Of a stretch of 55,608 nucleotides of DNA, positions 50,112-55,608 are shown in pieces. The position numbers and the translations under genes are program-made. The notes beneath the pieces are model-generated. The model saw only the letters and a program-made list of their open reading frames with translations, ran no database searches and was not told the origin of the DNA. The DNA lies in contig DCGI01000050.1 in assembly GCA_002315475.1 (NCBI GenBank), forward strand, positions 139 through 55,746. Reading direction: 5' to 3'. Every line of letters begins with the position of its first letter. The first letter of the stretch is position 1. This DNA comes from Christensenella sp. UBA1782 (GTDB lineage Bacteria > Bacillota > Clostridia > Christensenellales > DTU072).

Positions 50112-51770
50112 TTAAAACAGTTTCCAAACCATAACGCCATGCGCCGGAACGTTGGCTTCCAAAGTTTTTCCCGTCGTCGTTTCTTCCGTCCACTCGTTAC
50201 GAACGGTATATTCCTCTTTGGCGAGGCTTGCGACGTATTCTTCTTTGCTTAACTCGGAAAGGTCGAAAGAAAATTTCTGAGATTTGTTCTTCTTGTTCAA
50301 CACAAGGAGTGCAATGGAGCCATCCGACAAAGGACGTACCAAAACGTCGAATTTACCCGTTTGTATACGTTTTGCCTGTTTTCCGAGCGTATCTTGGTCG
50401 ATAGCAATCAGATTCTTATTCAAAATAATATCCAAATGTTCTTGCTTCATGGTGGTGACGTCGTTACCGAGCAACAGCGGAGCCGCCATCATGCACCATA
50501 AAGAAAAGTGCGCTCTGTTTTCGTCCAACGTCAAGTCGCCGTTACCGACTTCCAACATATCGGGATCGTTCCAGTGTCCCGAAGACGCGTACGCATATAA
50601 CTTAACGTTGATTTCGTACAACCGCATGATGCTTTTCCACGTCCACGAAATATCGCCGGTGGTTCTCCAAAGGTTGGCTACCCCGCTCCCCCATTCCCAA
50701 GGCTTATTTCTGCCCCATTCACAAACGGAAAACGCAATCGGCTTCTTTTGTACACCCGTTTCCGCCGAAACGTTTTGTACGGCGGCTATCAAAGCGTTAC
50801 TCATGGTCAAATAGTTTATCATGGCACTGTCGGCACGATTCCCGATAGGGTTGAAAATACGGATGGTATTGTTGCCTTTCTTGAATTTCACAAGGAACCG
50901 AACGGGCGGCACGTGGCAGGGACGTCTGGTTTTTCCGGGTTCGAAGAACATCGGCTCACCGTCGTTGACAATCATCCCTCCCATGATTTCGAAGGGAATC
51001 AAATCGGAAATCACCCGAACGGGATAACGATGATGAACGGTAACGTAGTACTCTCCCTCTTTTTCCGCTTGATACAGGAAAGTAGCACTCCCCTTGTTGG
51101 CGTCCAATCCGACGATAACCGGACTCTTTTTGTTATGTTCGGGCATGCAACCATGATAATTGTTGATTCTCTTGGCTAATTTTGCCGTACCTTCCAATAA
51201 CGCTTTTTCGGCACCGATAATCGTTTCTTCGTCGCTCCCCTTCTCGGTGACGCCGATACAGAAAATCTGCGGCCCCCGTCGGGTAGACATTTTGTGATAG
51301 CAATAGTCATATTTTAAGTATTCGATACCCCACCTTGCGAATTGACAGGCATCCATGTATTCTTTTCCGAGAGAAGCGGGCAAACCTTGACAGGTCATCG
51401 TGCCGTTACTGGAATAAATACCTACTTTGAAACCGATTTCGTTTATTTTTTGCACAAAACTTTGCATACCGTTCGGAAAACGGACGGGATCGGCTTGCAA
51501 TTTGCCGTCGGGATCTCTCTTATCGTCCTCCCAATAATCGTCCAAATTCAAAAACGAATAGCCGGCATCCAATAAGCCTTTTTCTCGAATGGCTTTCGCC
51601 ATTTCGATAAACATCTTTTCGTTAATGTTGTGCTTAAAATAGTTCCAACTGTTCCAACCCATCGGCGGAGCGAGCAGAAGCCCGTTATCCATCGGTTCGG
51701 TACGGTAAATGTCGGTTACGTTTTGTTTGTACATAAATTTGCTTTTAATTTTACAAGCAGGACAAGTCAT
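50112..51770 (-). CDS. GH27 alpha-galactosidase family, paralog B (same internal insertion)
   Basis: Same motifs as 26711-28360 ('PPMGWNSWNYF', 'YLKYDYC', 'FSVCEWG', 'WNDPDMLEVGN'). Roughly two-thirds identical to paralog A by eye. Confidence 0.85.
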   Translation of the reverse strand: MTCPACKIKSKFMYKQNVTDIYRTEPMDNGLLLAPPMGWNSWNYFKHNINEKMFIEMAKAIREKGLLDAGYSFLNLDDYWEDDKRDPDGKLQADPVRFPNGMQSFVQKINEIGFKVGIYSSNGTMTCQGLPASLGKEYMDACQFARWGIEYLKYDYCYHKMSTRRGPQIFCIGVTEKGSDEETIIGAEKALLEGTAKLAKRINNYHGCMPEHNKKSPVIVGLDANKGSATFLYQAEKEGEYYVTVHHRYPVRVISDLIPFEIMGGMIVNDGEPMFFEPGKTRRPCHVPPVRFLVKFKKGNNTIRIFNPIGNRADSAMINYLTMSNALIAAVQNVSAETGVQKKPIAFSVCEWGRNKPWEWGSGVANLWRTTGDISWTWKSIMRLYEINVKLYAYASSGHWNDPDMLEVGNGDLTLDENRAHFSLWCMMAAPLLLGNDVTTMKQEHLDIILNKNLIAIDQDTLGKQAKRIQTGKFDVLVRPLSDGSIALLVLNKKNKSQKFSFDLSELSKEEYVASLAKEEYTVRNEWTEETTTGKTLEANVPAHGVMVWKLF

Positions 51771-51897
51771 AAATGTTATACTCCTCGGTATTGATTGTTA
51801 TTATTATGCCATAAATCCCCGAAAAAAGCAAGTCCCGGTTTTGAAAGCCGTTGGAGAAGAATCGTTTTCAAAATCGGCTTTTGCCGCCTTTTACGGA

Positions 51898-53202
51898 TTA
51901 TTGCGCTTGCTTATCTTCGAAAATTGATACGGGTTCGGCAAAAGAACCGTAAAAGAATCCCTCTACGACGCGTACCAAACAAGCGTTGAGCTTTTCAACG
52001 GTAACGTCGGGAATTTCGGGATCGAGGTGACTGCCGCCGATACCCGAGTGGTCGGTTATATATATGGACGTGCCACCCGTCGTGATAGCCGATTGACGAG
52101 CAAGATATTCCGTCAACGCGTCACTGCTGCTGGCAAGAATGGGACAAATACGAATACCCTTTTCTGTGGCTGCGTCCACCGCCTTTTTGTAGGTGGTTTT
52201 GTTCTTTTCGGCACTATGCGGAGGGGCGTCGTGCAAGTGAAAAATCAGCTTCGTGCCGCCCGACCACTGTTTCTCGGTCGCAAGAGCAAGCGCCTCGTCG
52301 ACCGCTTCTTCATAGTCGCCGCCGCCCGTAGCCTCTTTGGATTTTAAGAATTGTTGTTGCTTATCGTACCCCGTCTTGTCTTTGATGTCGACGAAATCGG
52401 AATAAGCGAATTTTTCATCGTCACCGTCGTCCCGATAAAAGAGAAAGGCAAGATTGACGTCGGCATTGGTACGGGACGCAATCGTTTGTATGACGTCGGC
52501 AAGTTCGGCTTGCAAATATTCCATTTCGTCCCCCATCGAACCGGTTGCGTCGATGACGAACATGATTTCCAAAAGGTTGCTTTTCTTTTTCCCTTCGCTC
52601 GTCTGCACGACGACGTCCTTGTTGTCTTCGTCAAACGTGCCTTCGCCGATAGCCTCTCCGCCGGCTGCAAAAACGGTTATCGTCCCTTCCGTAAAAGAAG
52701 GAAACAAATACGCCACACCCGCGTTATCGGTTACCGCCGTATAGGTTTCTCCCGATTCACTCTCCGCCGTCAGTTTTACGTTCGGCACTTTTTCTTCCTC
52801 GCACAAAACGGTGACTCGGATGCGGTTCAACGAAGTAAAGCCCCAAAGATCGCCTTTGTTCACCCGTTCCAACCACTTTCCGTCCGTTTCCTGCCCTTTC
52901 TGAAAAAGTAAACGATAATCGGCGTAATGCTCGTTATCGTTCCACTCGAAACAAGTAATCTGTCCGGCGACGATTTCCCGCTCGGCGGATTCTTCGGTTT
53001 CACTTGTCGAAGAAGTAGCCTTTTCGGAAGTTATTTCCATGTATTCCCCGTAATCGTACAGACCGTCGATTTCCGAATCGGAATAAAACACATACCTGCC
53101 TATACTTCCGTCCCCCGTCAAATCATAGGTTTTGCCACAAGCCGAAAGAGCAAACAAACACAGACAGAGCGTCAACAAGAATAAAAATCTTTTTTTGTTC
53201 AT
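51898..53202 (-). CDS. secreted lipoprotein with a C-terminal vWA domain
   Basis: Start set to 'MNKKRFLFLLTLCLCLFALSAC' (lipobox; GGAGGA RBS). vWA MIDAS 'VIDATGSMGDE'. Confidence 0.75.
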   Translation of the reverse strand: MNKKRFLFLLTLCLCLFALSACGKTYDLTGDGSIGRYVFYSDSEIDGLYDYGEYMEITSEKATSSTSETEESAEREIVAGQITCFEWNDNEHYADYRLLFQKGQETDGKWLERVNKGDLWGFTSLNRIRVTVLCEEEKVPNVKLTAESESGETYTAVTDNAGVAYLFPSFTEGTITVFAAGGEAIGEGTFDEDNKDVVVQTSEGKKKSNLLEIMFVIDATGSMGDEMEYLQAELADVIQTIASRTNADVNLAFLFYRDDGDDEKFAYSDFVDIKDKTGYDKQQQFLKSKEATGGGDYEEAVDEALALATEKQWSGGTKLIFHLHDAPPHSAEKNKTTYKKAVDAATEKGIRICPILASSSDALTEYLARQSAITTGGTSIYITDHSGIGGSHLDPEIPDVTVEKLNACLVRVVEGFFYGSFAEPVSIFEDKQAQ

Positions 53203-53317
53203 ACTATCCTCCATAACCTTATTATAACGAATAACCCGTTTTCTGTCAATACGCAAAGATTTTTGAGCAATCGGACTTCCTTGGTATAAAAAAACAAAAC
53301 GGAACCATACTGATACC

Positions 53318-53584
53318 ATGGAAACGAATCTTATACAAAACGATAAGAGGAGTACGATTCTTTTCGTGCTGGGCATCCTTGCCTTTGTCGCAACCGTCGT
53401 ACTCTTTATCATCGGATATCCCGCCGTCGGCGGAATCTCCATCGCCACCCTTTGCGTAGGCGGTTTGGCTATGGTACATTTCTTGATTGCCTGCCACGCC
53501 CGAAACGGTTGGGTGCGTATGTTCAGCGCATTGTTCCTTGCGACTTTATCGGTATTGATAACCATAACGGCACTTGCGCTCTAA
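53318..53584 (+). CDS. small (88-aa) membrane protein
   Basis: Three hydrophobic segments, followed directly by a strong terminator. Confidence 0.5.
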   Translation: METNLIQNDKRSTILFVLGILAFVATVVLFIIGYPAVGGISIATLCVGGLAMVHFLIACHARNGWVRMFSALFLATLSVLITITALAL

Positions 53585-53628
53585 AAAAAAGCGTCGCACC
53601 CGTTCTTTGAGGGTGCGACGCCTTTTTT
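53583..53628. terminator. bidirectional rho-independent terminator
   Basis: A8 tract, 11-bp stem GCGTCGCACCC / GGGTGCGACGC, then T6. It sits between convergent genes. Confidence 0.8.
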
Positions 53629-53929
53629 ACATAAATCCTTCGTTAAACAGGTATACCAATAAGGCAACCAAGCGGTCGGATTCCTTCTGAACCTGATATC
53701 GTGAAAGTCCGCTTTGTGCAGCAAATTTTCGCACCGAGATATGCTCGGTAAAGATAGAAAGCAACTCTCTTTCACATTTTTTCAAGCCGTTCATGCACCG
53801 TTCCAAAAAGGCCGTTTCTTCGTCTTTGACGCCGAGAACTTTCTCTTTTACCTTTCTGTCACGGTACGTTGCGAGAAGGTTTTTCACCGCATCGTCCGTC
53901 CATCTTATAAGATCTCCACCTCCAACCAT
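53627..53929 (-). CDS. small sigma-70 region-4-like HTH protein (ArpU/DUF1492-like?)
   Basis: 'LKKCERELLSIFTEHISVRKFAAQSGLSRYQVQKESDRLVALL' fits a sigma region-4 type HTH. Start set to 'MVGGGDLIRW', overlapping the upstream ORF end. Confidence 0.4.
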   Translation of the reverse strand: MVGGGDLIRWTDDAVKNLLATYRDRKVKEKVLGVKDEETAFLERCMNGLKKCERELLSIFTEHISVRKFAAQSGLSRYQVQKESDRLVALLVYLFNEGFM

Positions 53930-54231
53930 TTTCGAATGGAACCGTTTTGTTCCATCTCGTCGCAATAGTCGCAAACCTCACAAATCCCTTGTAAAATCCA
54001 CAACCGCATCATACCGAAATCGTACCCTTTTTTCAGGAAAAGCAACAGTTCTTTTTCGCTTCCTATATCCGTCATAACGATCTTCTTTTCCTCGTTGTCT
54101 TCGTCGGAAATCAACAGTTTTTCCACGCTTTCCTTCATTTCGTTATACGGAAAAGGTCTCATACATACGATCTCTTCATAATCAAAAATCGCCCCTTTCG
54201 AGACCACAATCTTGTTAATAATCGGTATCAC
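53905..54231 (-). CDS. hypothetical protein
   Basis: 108-aa ORF apparently translationally coupled to the downstream HTH gene. The start codon is uncertain (GTG directly abuts GGAGG). No family recognised. Confidence 0.35.
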   Translation of the reverse strand: MIPIINKIVVSKGAIFDYEEIVCMRPFPYNEMKESVEKLLISDEDNEEKKIVMTDIGSEKELLLFLKKGYDFGMMRLWILQGICEVCDYCDEMEQNGSIRKWLEVEIL

Positions 54232-54491
54232 CTCCGTCTGCGTTTTCAGAACTTCTTTGCAAAGATTGTTTATATGTACATATTATCATATTACCCTATT
54301 CCCATGCAAGGAAGAACCGCCGCTAATTTTGTTCTCTTTTGTCTTTTATGTACCAATTTTGGTACATATCGTCGAATACCGTTTTTGCGTCGAAAAACCC
54401 CTCGAAATCAGGAATTTTCCCGTCTCCGTCGGATTCTTTTTCGGTTTTGCACCGAGTTTTGTGCGAGAATCGTCGTATCGATAAAAATTTC

Positions 54492-54519
54492 TTGATTTTT
54501 TCCTATTTTTTGTTATACT
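54492..54519 (+). promoter_or_regulatory. sigma70-like promoter of the 54584 membrane-protein gene
   Basis: TTGATT (54492-54497), 16-nt spacer, TATACT (54514-54519). Confidence 0.45.
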
Positions 54520-54583
54520 ATATATATGAAAGTTTCGAAAAAAACAGTACAAAAGCTTTTTACGGGAAAGGAGTAATCGCAAT

Positions 54584-55474
54584 ATGCCCATCAAACATGC
54601 TTTTTCCATTTTTTTATGCAACCTGAAATTGGTCGTCAAAATCGCCTTGATGATTTTGATCGTTTTGCTGATTGCGTTCGGTGTCTTTATCGTCATTTTG
54701 AAACCGCTCTACATAGATTTGCGTTCGGTCATCGAAACGCAAAGTTTCCTCGTGGCACCGGGCGACCTCATCAACCACCCGTTTTTGACGGTGGAACACT
54801 TGATTCAGTCGTATATGACCTTTTTTGACCAAGTGGGTTGGGAAAAGACTTTGACCGGCGTCATTTTGCTTTTCGTCGGCTTAAAATTCTTTTTGACGTT
54901 GCCCCTGCTTCCCGCGACCAAAGTTTTATATATAAAAATGAGTACGGGTTTTGATATCGGCATCACCAACGCTTTTATTTCGACGGGCTTCCAAAACCTT
55001 CTTTTGGCACTCTGTTGTACCGTTGTGTTTTCCATAACCGATTTGGGTATTTTGGCGGGATTGTTGGCACTGCTGCCCGTACTGTACAGAGGGTTAAAAC
55101 TCGTTGCGTTGCCCATCGTTTTTATCCTCTATCTCGTCTTGCAATCGGCGCGGATGGCTATCATTTGCCAATGGCTTCCCGAAATTTGTGCGGGTGAATC
55201 GAAGAATATTTTTAAGAACCTCAAAAACGCCTTGATGTTTTCGGTAAAACGTTTTCCGAAGAATTTTCTGTGCGTTCTCTTTATCAATATATTATTATTC
55301 GGCATCGTAACTTCCACCTTCATCTTTTCCTTCGGTGTCATTCCCATCGTTACCATACCGATGTATTTCGTTTTGTACTGTACGTTAACCTTGACTTTGA
55401 ACTTTTCCTATCACAAAACCAAGTACTATATCGATAACGGTTCTACCGTATATACGCCGAATCGTTTGTTTTAA
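54584..55474 (+). CDS. polytopic membrane protein, unknown family
   Basis: 296 aa with at least 6 hydrophobic segments. RBS GGAG 10 nt upstream, and a terminator hairpin downstream. Confidence 0.65.
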   Translation: MPIKHAFSIFLCNLKLVVKIALMILIVLLIAFGVFIVILKPLYIDLRSVIETQSFLVAPGDLINHPFLTVEHLIQSYMTFFDQVGWEKTLTGVILLFVGLKFFLTLPLLPATKVLYIKMSTGFDIGITNAFISTGFQNLLLALCCTVVFSITDLGILAGLLALLPVLYRGLKLVALPIVFILYLVLQSARMAIICQWLPEICAGESKNIFKNLKNALMFSVKRFPKNFLCVLFINILLFGIVTSTFIFSFGVIPIVTIPMYFVLYCTLTLTLNFSYHKTKYYIDNGSTVYTPNRLF

Positions 55475-55503
55475 TAAAAAACTTTTTTTCTTATACTGTC
55501 AAA

Positions 55504-55608
55504 GGGGAGAAAACCTTTCCAAAAGTGTTTTCTCCCCTTTTTTATCCTCTTTTTCCAAAGGCGGGGAGCACGTCTCCACGCCACCCTTTTGAAGGTGGGG
55601 CGTGGGGG
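55504..55608. repeat. GC-rich palindromic intergenic repeat, copy C (modules in swapped order; runs off the window end)
   Basis: Module 2 is GGGGAGAAAACCTTTCCAAAAGTGTTTTCTCCCC followed by T6, acting as terminator. Module 1 is GGCGGGGAGCACGTCTCCACGCCACCCTTTTGAAGGTGGGGCGTGGGGG. Confidence 0.65.

Noticed and set aside
1115-54583. tRNA, rRNA, riboswitch or small-RNA genes in the longer intergenic gaps (1115-1326, 3321-3598, 16522-16697, 17058-17283, 49109-49342, 54232-54583)
   Set aside because: No cloverleaf-compatible or known riboswitch consensus was recognisable by eye. The gaps are explained by promoters, terminators and repeats. A covariance-model scan (Infernal/Rfam, tRNAscan-SE) is needed to be sure.
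41650-55608. Possibility that the GC-rich repeats are CRISPR repeats
   Set aside because: There are only one or two units per locus, the units abut without spacers of regular length, and the loci are kilobases apart. No cas genes are present, so this is not a CRISPR array.

Overview
55.6-kb window, probably from a Firmicutes/Clostridia-like anaerobe; the taxon is inferred from AGGAGG-type RBSs, lipobox lipoproteins and an [FeFe]-hydrogenase. I recognise about 50 protein genes and no rRNA, tRNA, CRISPR array, integrase or transposase. The region from 20 to 55 kb is ordinary accessory metabolism. It holds fucU and a frameshifted fucI, two paralogous GH27 alpha-galactosidases, a GH2 glycosidase, and M18 and C45-like peptidases. 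It also has a flavin/Fe-S redox cluster, an ABC-F ATPase, an operon with archaeal-type GAPDH and PGK plus a LarA-family enzyme, several membrane proteins and lipoproteins, and a GC-rich palindromic intergenic repeat present at three loci. The striking part is a 17.7-kb block of same-strand, tightly packed genes at 2322-19998 (minus strand). It encodes an RdRP/YonO-like single-chain two-barrel polymerase and a Vps4-like AAA ATPase next to a membrane-less FtsH-like AAA-M41 protease. A lipoprotein HExxH peptidase and four tandem proteasome-beta/HslV-like paralogs follow; only one paralog keeps the Thr1 nucleophile. The block also has two small proteins that mimic the N-terminal clamp and clamp-helix region of RNA polymerase beta-prime, plus a decayed third copy. 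It ends with a TerY-P-type triad (Ser/Thr kinase, two vWA proteins, PP2C phosphatase), two orphan proteins and an HTH-WYL regulator. Only the TerY-P triad and the WYL regulator class match defence components I know of, so I flag the block as a candidate undescribed conflict/defence system. All homology calls are by-eye motif recognition and need HMM or structure searches. Two genes (WYL regulator, fucI) are each broken at an A7 homopolymer that would be repaired by one extra A, which looks like an assembly artefact.
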